Virus record (IMG/VR): IMGVR_UViG_3300003267_000287 | Coordinates: 8,155-72,154 of that record | Origin: a virus | Strand: one strand, 5' to 3' | Length of the DNA stretch: 64,000 nucleotides | Shown: in pieces, positions 19,304-28,775 of the stretch | Layout of the letters: every line of letters starts with the position of its first letter | Numbering within the stretch: position 1 is the first letter of the stretch | Program-made: the position numbers and the translations under genes | Notes under the pieces: generated by a model | Databases searched by the model: none | What the model was told of the DNA's origin: nothing | The model's input: the letters and a program-made list of their open reading frames with translations, nothing else

Positions 19304-19769
19304 TCGTCGCCATCTCAGTCAGTTCCTTGGACGGGACAATCAGCCCGTTCTGTAGGAACGAATAGGTAGTAGCCCCCTCGGCCACGATCAGGCTGTCCTC
19401 GAAGAACAGTCCGGCGGCGTTCGCCGCGTCCATGACCTTGTGGACCATGTCCACGTCGTACATCGTTGGCTGGGCATCACCCGACGGGTGGTTGTGGGCG
19501 ATCTGGAAACGATCAGCTCCTGACAACAGGACCGCAGTCAACAGCGCAGGGATCGGAACCGCTACCTCGTGGTAGCCACCGACGGCGACCTCGGTCACCG
19601 TTCGGATTTGCTCGATCCCGTCATAGGCAACGGCCCACAGCCGTTCCTGGTTGGAGTCGGTCAGGCCCCACTCTCGGAAGAGACAGTCAAGATCCGCAGC
19701 AGTGGGCATCTCCTTCTCGATGCGCAATTGCACGCTGGCAAAGCGATCGACGTTCATCGCAATCTCCAT
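19263..19769 (-). CDS. RadC-type JAB domain protein
   Basis: QE...AHNHPSGDAQPT..D...D.LIV. Confidence 0.85.
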   Translation of the reverse strand: MEIAMNVDRFASVQLRIEKEMPTAADLDCLFREWGLTDSNQERLWAVAYDGIEQIRTVTEVAVGGYHEVAVPIPALLTAVLLSGADRFQIAHNHPSGDAQPTMYDVDMVHKVMDAANAAGLFFEDSLIVAEGATTYSFLQNGLIVPSKELTEMATSVGHAPFTRTPSR

Positions 19770-19820
19770 TTGGTACGTGTCGCCTCACCCACGGTCGTCA
19801 CCCGTGGGTCCTCAGCGATC

Positions 19821-20198
19821 TCAGAATGAGAGGTCGGCGAGATCCGTTACGTCCGCCGGAGCCTCGGGTTGGGTCACTAGATCTTCCGGTCGACGATCGA
19901 GGAACTCGACCGATCGACACTTAACGATCGTCTTGGAACGCTTGGCGCCGGTCTTCTTGTCGTCCCACTTCTCGGTGGCGAGCGATCCCGTCACGAGGAC
20001 CTTGCGGCCCTTACGGGTGTACTCAGCGACCAGCTCGGCGAGCTTCTCCCATGCGACGCAGTCCAGGTACTCGGTCGTGCGCCGCTCCCCGCTCCCCTCG
20101 TTGATGGCGATGGAGAACTGAGTCACGGCCTTCCCGGAGTTCGTGTACCGCATCTCGGGATCTCGGGTGAGGTTGCCCGTCGCGATCACAAGGTTCAC
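19821..20198 (-). CDS. ssb: Single-stranded DNA-binding protein
   Basis: N.V...GNLTRDPEMRYT.SG.AV..F..A, KG.KV.V.G.L....W, acidic tail ending in F. Confidence 0.95.
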   Translation of the reverse strand: MNLVIATGNLTRDPEMRYTNSGKAVTQFSIAINEGSGERRTTEYLDCVAWEKLAELVAEYTRKGRKVLVTGSLATEKWDDKKTGAKRSKTIVKCRSVEFLDRRPEDLVTQPEAPADVTDLADLSF

Positions 20199-20233
20199 AG
20201 GACGCAGGCTCCTGATATGGGTGAGGAGCCACT

Positions 20234-20283
20234 AGTATACACGGGTTGTCAACACGTGGTCAACACCTGTGGATCACAGGTGT
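20234..20283 (-). promoter_or_regulatory. Promoter for the ssb operon with inverted-repeat operator
   Basis: TTGACC-18-TATACT; ACACCTGTG-GAT-CACAGGTGT at 20263-20283. Confidence 0.65.
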
Positions 20284-20485
20284 CGGTCAAGCCGGACGAG
20301 GCGTCCATCGCTGTGCTGGAGAACGCCGCCGGGATGGGGGTCTTCGGCCGGGCAGAACAGGACGCCGCCGATGTCGATCATGGTTCCGAAGCAGAAGGGA
20401 CACTCGCCGGGCTTGGCGATCCGATCGCTCGGAGGGAGACGATCCAGCTTCTCGATCGTGATCGGAGCGCCCGCCTTGCGCGCCA

Positions 20486-20809
20486 TCAGAAGCACACATC
20501 GCACGAACAGTGCGGGTGCTTCCCTGACTCGCACCGGTCGGACGCGAAGTGAGGTGGCGCCATCTGACCTTGGTACTCGTGGCATAACGAGCACTCGTCG
20601 ATCTCGGCCTTGCGGAACTCCGCCTTCAGGTGATCGACGTACTCGTAGAAGCCGTCGATCTTCACGCCGCACGCACAGGTGCGGACAGCCAGGTCTTCAT
20701 ACCCCCAGCCCGGCGGATACTCACGACTGAGCACGTCGTCAGCCATGTAGGCGGCGTCCTCGTCGGTCAGCGATGGGATGTGAGCGTCGATGATCTCGAA
20801 CGGGTTCAT
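20486..20809 (-). CDS. Cys/His-rich hypothetical protein
   Basis: CACG, CSLC and PPH.AS.RCESG..PHCSCD.CF motifs. Confidence 0.55.
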   Translation of the reverse strand: MNPFEIIDAHIPSLTDEDAAYMADDVLSREYPPGWGYEDLAVRTCACGVKIDGFYEYVDHLKAEFRKAEIDECSLCHEYQGQMAPPHFASDRCESGKHPHCSCDVCF

Positions 20810-20985
20810 CGGCGTGATCCGTTCAGCTTGCGGTGCTGGTCCCACTCCGGGATCGTCCCGGCCCAGGCACAGATGCAGACGACTCGATTCTCACTGAACT
20901 TGATCGAGTCGATCAGGTGCGGCTTGCTCAGGCCCCGCTTCGGTGGGTACGTGGGGCGGCTGACAGGCATTGCGATGCCCTCCTT

Positions 20986-21261
20986 TCATTGAGTCCAGTC
21001 GACCTCCGTCTTCTGGGATGATGTGCGAAGTGCCTCGGGCCAACGCTCGAGGTTGGCCCGGACGTTCGGGGTGATGTCCTTGGCCGGGGCAGCTTCGAGC
21101 CGGAACCACAGGATCTGGCCGGTGTTGAGCGCCCGAGTCATCGTCTCCGAGAGCGCGAACGAGCCCGAGTAAGGGGCCTTCGCGAACACTCTGACGAGCT
21201 TGTTGTTGATCGCCGAGCGGTACGTGATTCGGAAGATCCTCGGCGCGAACCGTTCAGCCAC
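20986..21261 (-). CDS. Hypothetical protein
   Basis: Coupled small ORF in the early arm. Confidence 0.5.
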   Translation of the reverse strand: MAERFAPRIFRITYRSAINNKLVRVFAKAPYSGSFALSETMTRALNTGQILWFRLEAAPAKDITPNVRANLERWPEALRTSSQKTEVDWTQ

Positions 21262-21511
21262 CCGCTTCCTCTAGGGCTTGACGGACAGCGGCGCAGGGCC
21301 AATCACCGCCGTCGGTCATGCAGTACCGACCACCGAGTTGAGGGTGTCCCGGCAGGACCACTACCTCCGACGGCTGGTGGCCGACCCACGTCAGCACTTC
21401 GTACCCGTTCCCAACGGGCCGCAGTGATGGACGATCAGCGGTCCGGGTGGCTTCGATCCCCGGACACGGGCCGTGCATGTCGCACGCGGGACAGTGCAGC
21501 GGCTCGTTCAT
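21254..21511 (-). CDS. Hypothetical protein
   Basis: CPAC and YC..DG.DWPC motifs. Confidence 0.5.
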   Translation of the reverse strand: MNEPLHCPACDMHGPCPGIEATRTADRPSLRPVGNGYEVLTWVGHQPSEVVVLPGHPQLGGRYCMTDGGDWPCAAVRQALEEAGG

Positions 21512-21957
21512 CGTGGTCCCTCGGAGCCAGTGGACTCGGAGAGACGGGCGAGGAAGCGGCGACCCCTCGCGACTGCTGTCTCCCACGATGTGTTCGCCTC
21601 GACCTTCCCGGCCTCGATCCAAGCGTCGTAGATCACCTGATCGTCGATCGAGCTCCTGCCCGCGTTGTCAGGGGTGGCGACGCCGTAGAACGGGCCGGTG
21701 AAACCGGTCGGCACGATGATGTCCGGGTGCGCCGCCTTGATCCCGGCCATCGAGTTCTCGTGCGCTCCGTCGAGGCACCCACAGGCGAGGTACAGCGGTT
21801 CGGCTTCCTTGGAGGAAGGAGTGGCGGAGCGGGCGAGCGAGGCGAGGGCGTTGTCGATGTACTCACGGAGCGGCGTGCCGACCCATTCTCGGATGCGCCG
21901 CAGATGGTCCTCCGCCGTCAGCGGTTCACTCCGCAGGTCTACGGGTTCGTCAGCCAC
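21508..21957 (-). CDS. Hypothetical protein
   Basis: GGAGG RBS; coupled to neighbours. Confidence 0.5.
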   Translation of the reverse strand: MADEPVDLRSEPLTAEDHLRRIREWVGTPLREYIDNALASLARSATPSSKEAEPLYLACGCLDGAHENSMAGIKAAHPDIIVPTGFTGPFYGVATPDNAGRSSIDDQVIYDAWIEAGKVEANTSWETAVARGRRFLARLSESTGSEGPR

Positions 21958-22174
21958 TGGTCACCTCCTCGGATGGAGCGAGACGGGCGTAGTCCTTGGC
22001 TTGCTGGATGCGCTGGATCAGGTGATCGCCGTTCTCGGCGACCTCCTCGGGGGTCGTGCCCAGAAAGAGCTCGACCGAGTGGGCCGCGTTCTCGGTGAGG
22101 CGAACGCCTCGACCACGCGGGAGCACCTCGATCCGAGTGTCGTCCCAGACGTGGACCGATACGGTGATGAACAT
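21950..22174 (-). CDS. Hypothetical protein
   Basis: GGAGG RBS downstream of a TTCCAC-17-TACCAT promoter. Confidence 0.5.
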   Translation of the reverse strand: MFITVSVHVWDDTRIEVLPRGRGVRLTENAAHSVELFLGTTPEEVAENGDHLIQRIQQAKDYARLAPSEEVTSG

Positions 22175-22195
22175 CGGTGTTCCTCCAGTGTTGCG

Positions 22196-22224
22196 ATGGT
22201 ACCAGATGAGGGAAGGGTGTGGAA
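22196..22224 (-). promoter_or_regulatory. Promoter
   Basis: TTCCAC-17-TACCAT with extended TG. Confidence 0.45.
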
Positions 22225-22313
22225 CCTTCTCCTGCCCCTTTATGCGTTCCACAGGACCTGCTTCCGACCTCCGAAGAGGCTGACGAGTTTCTCAGGGGCA
22301 CAGGCCCGACGGA

Positions 22314-22958
22314 TCAGAAGTGCCCGTGTCTCGGGCAGTACGACCCAGCGGCGTGGAAGACCCCGCCGAACTGCTCGGTGCCCGAGCACTTGTTGCGCTC
22401 GGCCTCCTCGCGCTCCTCCTCGGCCTGGCGGGCGAGGCGCTCCCGCGTCTCGACGAGTGCGTTGTCCCGAGTCGACGGAAGATCCCGCAACTCCTGCTCC
22501 ATCCTGTCGGGGTCGAACACCCAGCCGTAGCTGTCTTCGTCCCTCGACCAGTTGGCCGCGCGGGTGATCTGGATCAACCGCTTGAGGTTGTGCTCGACGA
22601 CGTCGAACGCTTCGCGGACCTCCTCCTCCTCAGAGTCGGCGTAGTCGCCGAGGAGGTCGTCGAGATCTTCCACCCCGGTGAACGGCGAGTAGAAGTAGCG
22701 GTCCTGCGACTGGGCCGACGTCAGTCGGAGGCCCAGTGCCTCGACGTCCTCCTTGTTGTCGAGTCGGAACTCGACGATCTCGCCGACCTTTCCGACGTGC
22801 TCGCCGTCAGCGTCGATCAGGACGAAGGTGTCCGGCAGCGGTGGTGCTGCGCTCACGAGCATCGACTCACCGGCTGTCGCCGTGCTGGGTGTGCTTTGGG
22901 CGAACAGCGCGTTGATGTCCGCGCTGGTGATCGTGTTGGTGTACTGATCGTCACCCAC
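22314..22958 (-). CDS. Acidic hypothetical protein
   Basis: GAGGAGG RBS; high-GC3 codons. Confidence 0.55.
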   Translation of the reverse strand: MGDDQYTNTITSADINALFAQSTPSTATAGESMLVSAAPPLPDTFVLIDADGEHVGKVGEIVEFRLDNKEDVEALGLRLTSAQSQDRYFYSPFTGVEDLDDLLGDYADSEEEEVREAFDVVEHNLKRLIQITRAANWSRDEDSYGWVFDPDRMEQELRDLPSTRDNALVETRERLARQAEEEREEAERNKCSGTEQFGGVFHAAGSYCPRHGHF

Positions 22959-23265
22959 GAGCGGCCTCCTCGACCTCGAACTCGTAGGCCCAGATCTCGT
23001 CCTGGAGATCGTCGATGAAGATCTCCAGCTCCTGCTTGTCATCACCCGGCGGCAGCTGGGCGTTGATCGCGTTGAGATCGACGAGGATCTTCTGGGCGAG
23101 TTCGTAGTTGTCCGTGTCGACGTAGTCCGGGACCTCGATCTCCTCGATCGGCTGACCGACCGCGAGATGCAGGTCCCCGAACCAGCCTCCACTCACGCGC
23201 ACGAACCGGGGCGCAACCGGGGCGGCGGTCGTCTCAGCGACCGCCGCCGTATCAACAGCGACCAT
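22951..23265 (-). CDS. Acidic hypothetical protein
   Basis: AGGAGG RBS. Confidence 0.55.
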   Translation of the reverse strand: MVAVDTAAVAETTAAPVAPRFVRVSGGWFGDLHLAVGQPIEEIEVPDYVDTDNYELAQKILVDLNAINAQLPPGDDKQELEIFIDDLQDEIWAYEFEVEEAARG

Positions 23266-23282
23266 GTGGTCCTCCTAGAGGC

Positions 23283-24419
23283 TCAGTCGAGCCACTTGAT
23301 GTCAGGGACGTCGAACGCGTCGGGCACGACCGGACGCGCCTCGGGCAGCTCGTCGTCGGCGGGCATGTTCTCGAGTTCGGCGATCGCCTCGTCACCGACG
23401 AACAGCGAGCCGATGTCGACCGGCGTGTCCTCGGCGTCGGCATCGACGACCCCGCCGTGCTGGGCGGCGAACGCCTTGCTGAGCGCCTCCATCGCTGCGT
23501 CGAGGCTGCCGTCACCGGAGCCGGACACGATGAAGCCGCCCGCTCGCTCGTCGGTGCCGGGCATCGCCTCGATCTCGACGTCGTCGACCAGGCTGCGGAT
23601 CGACCGCATCAGCTCCTGGATCTCGGGCGGGACTGAGTCCAGCATCTCCTCGAGATCCTGCTTCCTGCGCTCGGCGTCCATCCGATCGAGGATCGTGTCG
23701 AGCTCACGCTTGACGGCAATCGCTCGTCGGGTGAGTTCGAGGCCCGCCCCGAGCTCGTCGGGATTCGTCGGATCGAACTCGTTGCGCTGACGGATCAGCT
23801 CGATGTACTCCGCCCGCAGCTCGTGGGCTCGGGCGCCATCCTCGGTGTCCGTCGGGACGCGCAGTCGGATCCACGCCCGCTCCTCCGCGGCCTCCAGGAT
23901 CTCCGGGTGACCGTGGATCGGAACGGCCATCCGATCGTCGTCGTCGACCGGCTGACTGGCGTGGCGGTTGACCGCGGCGAATCCGCCGAACCGGCGGTTG
24001 TCGTCGAGCGGGTCGCCTTCCCACGTCGCGAAGTCGATCTCGGCGAGCATCCGGGCGACCATGTGGTCCTTCTCGCTGGCCTGCCAGAAGCCCTCGGGAT
24101 GCTTGTGCATCACGAGATAGGCGTCGGCGCCGTGCTCATCGAGTCGCAGGCCGAGCATCGCGAGCTGGTAGATGTACTCGGTGCCGATCTCGGAGACGCC
24201 GTCGAGGAAGATCTCCTGGCCGACCCGGGCGACGGCATAGTCGACGACTCGCAGCGTCCAGCCGCCATCCTCGTCGTGTGCGACGTCTTTGACCCAGATG
24301 ACGACGTCGACCTCCTCGTCCTCGGGGAACTCGTCGAACACCTCCTCGTAGAGGGCGTCGATCAACTCCTTGGGATGGTTGGTCCTCATGTCGACCTCCA
24401 TCCCGATCAAGCTGCCCAT
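23283..24419 (-). CDS. JAB/JAMM-motif protein with acidic C-terminal extension
   Basis: HKHPEGFWQASEKD matches H-x-H-x7-S-x2-D. Confidence 0.6.
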   Translation of the reverse strand: MGSLIGMEVDMRTNHPKELIDALYEEVFDEFPEDEEVDVVIWVKDVAHDEDGGWTLRVVDYAVARVGQEIFLDGVSEIGTEYIYQLAMLGLRLDEHGADAYLVMHKHPEGFWQASEKDHMVARMLAEIDFATWEGDPLDDNRRFGGFAAVNRHASQPVDDDDRMAVPIHGHPEILEAAEERAWIRLRVPTDTEDGARAHELRAEYIELIRQRNEFDPTNPDELGAGLELTRRAIAVKRELDTILDRMDAERRKQDLEEMLDSVPPEIQELMRSIRSLVDDVEIEAMPGTDERAGGFIVSGSGDGSLDAAMEALSKAFAAQHGGVVDADAEDTPVDIGSLFVGDEAIAELENMPADDELPEARPVVPDAFDVPDIKWLD

Positions 24420-24441
24420 GTGTGGGCCTCCTTTCTGTCCG

Positions 24442-24759
24442 CTACCAGCGGACCTGCAAGTCTCCGATCGTGATCGATCCGTCGTCTTCGGTCGTGACCG
24501 GGACGCTGTAGACGTCGCCCGCGGCGCCCTGAAGTTCTTCGAGCTCGGCGGGCCTCATCAGCACGAGCTGCCCGTTTGCGATCAGCGTGGTGAGGCAGTC
24601 ACCACAGATCCATGACTCGCTGCCTTTGTAGTCGGGGTGGTTGAGGCCAACTCCGTTCGTGGAGTCGTCGCCAAGCCAGCGGAGGACGCTGGCTGGAGCC
24701 GTCTTGCAGCGATAGCAAGTCGCCTCGCCTCTCCGGTACCGACGGTCCGGTTTCTTCAC
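24442..24759 (-). CDS. Zinc-finger protein, DDGS-tail family
   Basis: CYRC/CGDC; ends TEDDGSITIGDLQVRW. Confidence 0.6.
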   Translation of the reverse strand: MKKPDRRYRRGEATCYRCKTAPASVLRWLGDDSTNGVGLNHPDYKGSESWICGDCLTTLIANGQLVLMRPAELEELQGAAGDVYSVPVTTEDDGSITIGDLQVRW

Positions 24760-24769
24760 TGTGTTCTCC

Positions 24770-25144
24770 TTAGTGCCAGACGACCTGCGTCTCGCCGATC
24801 GTCATTGATCCGTCGTCGTCAACCTCGACGACATCGCCGAGGAGGCCAGAGGGCAGCGTGGCCGCGAACTCCTCCATCGTGGCTCGCGGCACGAGCACCA
24901 GCGTGCCGTCGACGATCAGGTCGGCGATGCAAGTCGCGCAGATGTAGACATCTTCCTCCGGGTACTCGTTGTTCAGGAACACGAGATCGGGGTGCTCGCC
25001 TGCGTAGAACTGGAGAACCGGAGGGGGCGATTCGAACAATCGGTTCCCGCCCCGGCAGTGGTAACAGCGCCACCCCGGGTCGTTCTCCGGCGTCGGGCGC
25101 TTGGCGTACTTGTCGAGTTCGTTGACACGCTCAGTGCCAGACAA
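24770..25144 (-). CDS. Zinc-finger protein, DDGS-tail family
   Basis: CYHC/CATC; ends EVDDDGSMTIGETQVVWH. Confidence 0.6.
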   Translation of the reverse strand: MSGTERVNELDKYAKRPTPENDPGWRCYHCRGGNRLFESPPPVLQFYAGEHPDLVFLNNEYPEEDVYICATCIADLIVDGTLVLVPRATMEEFAATLPSGLLGDVVEVDDDGSMTIGETQVVWH

Positions 25145-25520
25145 TCTCCATGTCTCCCATCGTCATCGATCCGTCGTCGTCAACCTCGACGGCGGCGAGA
25201 CCGGGCGTCTCGTACCAGAGTTCGTTCGCGCACTCCCGGCAGTACACGGGTTCCTCGTCCGTGCCGCACTCGTCGCACGCGTTCGGCTGCTCACCCGCCT
25301 GCTCCTCGGCGCAGTGCTCGCAGATCTCCGCCGTGCAGTCGCAGTACTGGCACGACGAGTACTGGTGGTCGTAGCAGACCTGTGCCTGCTCACCACATGA
25401 GTCGCACTCACCACCGAAGCTCAGATAGCCGTCGCTGACGCGAGCGAACAGGCACGATGCACAGAGGTAGCCCTCCGGCGTGTAGACCGTGCTCCTGTCC
25501 CCGCACCGAACGCAGCTCAA
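25131..25520 (-). CDS. Multi-CxxC protein, DDGS-tail family
   Basis: Several CxxC pairs; ends EVDDDGSMTMGDMEIVWH. Confidence 0.6.
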   Translation of the reverse strand: MSCVRCGDRSTVYTPEGYLCASCLFARVSDGYLSFGGECDSCGEQAQVCYDHQYSSCQYCDCTAEICEHCAEEQAGEQPNACDECGTDEEPVYCRECANELWYETPGLAAVEVDDDGSMTMGDMEIVWH

Positions 25521-25729
25521 TGGATGATCCCCTTGGGCGTCGGGGAGATCCGGGCCGACTCGACGTGCTTGACGACGTGCTTGTTGTGGCTGCGGGCCCG
25601 GATGTTCTTGCGGACGGCGCTGATCGCGGCGTCCCGGGTTTCGGCTGGCAGGTGATAGACGAACGGGATCAATCCCGGCTTCCCGTCACTCACCAGCACC
25701 TTGACCATGTAGATCTTCTGATTGGCCAA
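25517..25729 (-). CDS. Hypothetical protein
   Basis: AAGGAGG RBS, TTG start. Confidence 0.5.
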   Translation of the reverse strand: MANQKIYMVKVLVSDGKPGLIPFVYHLPAETRDAAISAVRKNIRARSHNKHVVKHVESARISPTPKGIIH

Positions 25730-25802
25730 CGATGGCCCTCCTTGTTGGCTGCGTCGCGTCGGAGCGGCAAACGTGGTGCCGCTCCGCGCGCACGCGCAGC
25801 CC

Positions 25803-26384
25803 TCAGTCGATAACGATCCTTGCGGGCATGACCAGCGCCAGCGTGATCGCGACTTCCTTGCCGGACAGCGCCACGCGCACGTCTTCGGGCAGGTCGTCGA
25901 CGGTCTGCTGACCGCTCACGACCACCGGCTCACCAGCCGCCGCCATCGCAGGCGCCGACTCGGCCGGGGTCATCAGGTTGACGAGGCCCTCGCCGACCAG
26001 CGCATCGGCGATGTCCCGGGCACCGGCGATGAAGCCTCGGAACCACGCCTCGTCGGCCTCGTCGGCCAACGACTCGACCGTCCGCTGGAGCAGGTCGATC
26101 TGCTCGGCGTCGATCTCCGCCTGGTGGCGGGTGTCGGCGAGCCGGTCGATGTCGGCGTCGGTCAGGCCCTGCTTGCGCAGGTCGTCGAGCGTGAGCTCAC
26201 GCTTCACGATCAAGCGAGCCTGCTCGAGGCAGTCGTCCAGATCCTCGCCCTTGACGGCGTGGGCCGTGCCGGTGGCACGAAGGGTGAAGACGAGTTCAGT
26301 GAACTCATCCTCCTCGGTGATGTCGTCGACGTCGGCGTAGCCGAACAAGCCCTCGACGCTGAGCGTTCCTGCGGTGTGGACCAA
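25803..26384 (-). CDS. Hypothetical protein
   Basis: GAAAGGAGG RBS; acidic coiled coil. Confidence 0.5.
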   Translation of the reverse strand: MVHTAGTLSVEGLFGYADVDDITEEDEFTELVFTLRATGTAHAVKGEDLDDCLEQARLIVKRELTLDDLRKQGLTDADIDRLADTRHQAEIDAEQIDLLQRTVESLADEADEAWFRGFIAGARDIADALVGEGLVNLMTPAESAPAMAAAGEPVVVSGQQTVDDLPEDVRVALSGKEVAITLALVMPARIVID

Positions 26385-26404
26385 GGGAGGCCCTCCTTTC
26401 GTGA

Positions 26405-26797
26405 TCAGCCAGCCCAGGCGAACGAGATGCCGCCCGCCCGGACGCTGCCATCTCCGAGCAGCTCGGTGTTCGTGTCCTCGATGTTGCCGAGGACGTTGTC
26501 GATGTAGACCTGGGTCGGGATCGGGACGATCCGACCATCGCGGATCAGATCCGCGAGGCAGTTGACGCAGACCCACGGCTTGCCGGGCAGCATCGTCAGC
26601 CGGAAGCCACGAGCTGCGGGCAGGAGGTCCTCACGGTGGATCTGGCAGCCGTTCTCGATCTCGAACTCCTCGTTGACGCTGCGACGTGACGCCGCGTCGC
26701 TGTCGTTCTCGTCCCAGAGCGGGAGGAGATCGAGGTCGTGGTCCTCGAAGCCCGCCCGAGACGCGAGGTCCTTGTCGTAGCGCACACGCTGTGCCAT
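26405..26797 (-). CDS. Zinc-finger protein, DDGS-tail family (divergent)
   Basis: CQIH/CVNCLADLIRDGRIV; ends GDGSVRAGGISFAW. Confidence 0.55.
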   Translation of the reverse strand: MAQRVRYDKDLASRAGFEDHDLDLLPLWDENDSDAASRRSVNEEFEIENGCQIHREDLLPAARGFRLTMLPGKPWVCVNCLADLIRDGRIVPIPTQVYIDNVLGNIEDTNTELLGDGSVRAGGISFAWAG

Positions 26798-26946
26798 CAG
26801 AACTTGTTCCTCCAGTAAGGGAAGGTGTGCCAGCGTTCTGGGTACGGATGCACGAACCCGCAGGGCACGCATTCGCGTGCCCCACGGGCGTGCTTCCACC
26901 ACCAGAAGCGCAGGTCACGCCGGATCCGGCGCAGCCTGCGCATGGG

Positions 26947-28557
26947 TCAGTCGAGCTTGGCCTGCGACTGACTGTCCTCCCGGCCACGCCGGGACTTCTC
27001 GTTGCCGCTGGTCGACGGGAGATCGGCGGCACCGGTCTCGGCCAGTGCCTGGCTGTTCCACGCGACGCTGTCCGGATTGTGCGGGCTGGGCTGGTAGGCC
27101 GCGGGCTGGATCGGGAACGCAGCCACGGTCGGGACCGCGCCCAGCTCGGCCGCCTTGACGATCGCGGTGCTGATCGTGTCGGCCGCCTTGACCGTCTCGG
27201 ACCGCCGATCCTCGGGCTTCGGGGTCAGAAGGGCAACGTGGTCCTCCATCTCCTGGACCGTGGCCAGCAGGGCGTCGTCGGTCACCTCCAGCTGCCCCTC
27301 GGGCGGGGTCATGCTGATGGCGTACAGCTTGGACCGCTCGACGATCTCCCGGATCACGGCCGGGATCTTCCCGGCGAGGTGCTCCTTCGACTTCGTGAGC
27401 GGGTTGTCGGCAGCGATCAGGCCCCGACCGTACTGGCGGGCGAGGATCGCGGCCGCCTCGGCATCGGGCGGCGGGATGTGGATGATCGCGTCGAGACGAC
27501 CGGGCCGCAGCAGGGCGGTCGTGATCTTCTCGAGCTCGTTCGTCGTGAGCACGATCATCAGCGCCGTGCCCTTCGACTCCACGCCGTCGATGACGTTCAG
27601 GACGTCGTCGATCTCGGTCGTCCGGTTGTCACCCCGCATGATCCGGTCGATGTCCTCGCAGAAGAGGACGACGCCGTGGTTGCGGTCGCCGTACTGGCGA
27701 GCCAGCCGGACGACCTCGGCGAGCTCGGTGATGTCCTTCGCCTCGACGTACGTCCAGCCGTGGCGGACGGCGAGGTTCGCCGTCTTGGTGGCGATCATCG
27801 TCTTGCCGGTGCCGAACGGACCGGCGAGGAGGACGCCGCGCTTGAGCGGGATGCCGTGGGCGACGACCCGATCGGTCTGCTCGATCGGGGTGAAGATGTT
27901 GGTCTGGACCGAGACGGCGGTGCGCTCGGGCAACACCAGCTCGTTGACCACCGACGGATCGAGATCGAGGAACTCGGGCTCGGGCATCGGCAGCCGGTTG
28001 CCGTGGTTGTCGAAGAGCTTGACCCGGAACGCGGTGTTCCGGTAGATCGAGCGCTCCCGGACGTGCTTCTTGACCAGCTCGACGATCTCGTTGACGACGG
28101 GCTCGTAGAGCCGCTTCACCTTGCCGGTGAGCTGGAACACGATCCGTCCGTCGTCCTTCTCGGTCACGCCGGACTGGAGGTAGCCGTCGCCGATGTTGGG
28201 CAGGGCGAACCGGCCCCACGGGACCTGCACGGTCTTGCCGAGGGCGATCGGCACCGACAGCATCGCGGGCGGCTTCGGGCCGAAGAAGCCCGGCGTCGGG
28301 ACGCTGTTCGCCCAGCCGTACTTCTCGGTCAGCACCTGGTTCAGGGCGTAGGCCGCCTCGAACACGAACGGCGCCTCGATCTCAGCGACCGGCACGAACT
28401 CCTGGTTCTCGTACTCGAGTCGCGCGTGGATGACCTTGTCGACCTGCTCGAGGTTCATGGTCTCGGGGATGATGATCGCTTCCCCGTGCTTGCGAACCTC
28501 GACGACGTCACGAATGGCCTTCTTGGCCTGACCCATCTGGTCGAGCGTCTGTCCCAT
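26947..28557 (-). CDS. AAA+ ATPase (classical AAA clade)
   Basis: RGVLLAGPFGTGKT (Walker A), LFCEDID (Walker B), TTN...ALLRPGRLD (second region of homology). Confidence 0.9.
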   Translation of the reverse strand: MGQTLDQMGQAKKAIRDVVEVRKHGEAIIIPETMNLEQVDKVIHARLEYENQEFVPVAEIEAPFVFEAAYALNQVLTEKYGWANSVPTPGFFGPKPPAMLSVPIALGKTVQVPWGRFALPNIGDGYLQSGVTEKDDGRIVFQLTGKVKRLYEPVVNEIVELVKKHVRERSIYRNTAFRVKLFDNHGNRLPMPEPEFLDLDPSVVNELVLPERTAVSVQTNIFTPIEQTDRVVAHGIPLKRGVLLAGPFGTGKTMIATKTANLAVRHGWTYVEAKDITELAEVVRLARQYGDRNHGVVLFCEDIDRIMRGDNRTTEIDDVLNVIDGVESKGTALMIVLTTNELEKITTALLRPGRLDAIIHIPPPDAEAAAILARQYGRGLIAADNPLTKSKEHLAGKIPAVIREIVERSKLYAISMTPPEGQLEVTDDALLATVQEMEDHVALLTPKPEDRRSETVKAADTISTAIVKAAELGAVPTVAAFPIQPAAYQPSPHNPDSVAWNSQALAETGAADLPSTSGNEKSRRGREDSQSQAKLD

Positions 28558-28775
28558 TCAGAGGACCTCCTGTGTGGTGGTGGAGAGTTGACGGAGCGAT
28601 CGCTGTTTGGGCTGGCCACAGGAACACCTGAGACCCCACCGGTGATAGCCGGGATGGTCGCGATCTCTGAACCATCCCGGCTCATAACGGTGACGAACGT
28701 CGGAGCCGACGACTACGGTCGTCGGCGTGATGCCGTCGTACTCGAACAGGTCCAGACGGACCGGTTCATGTCCGA

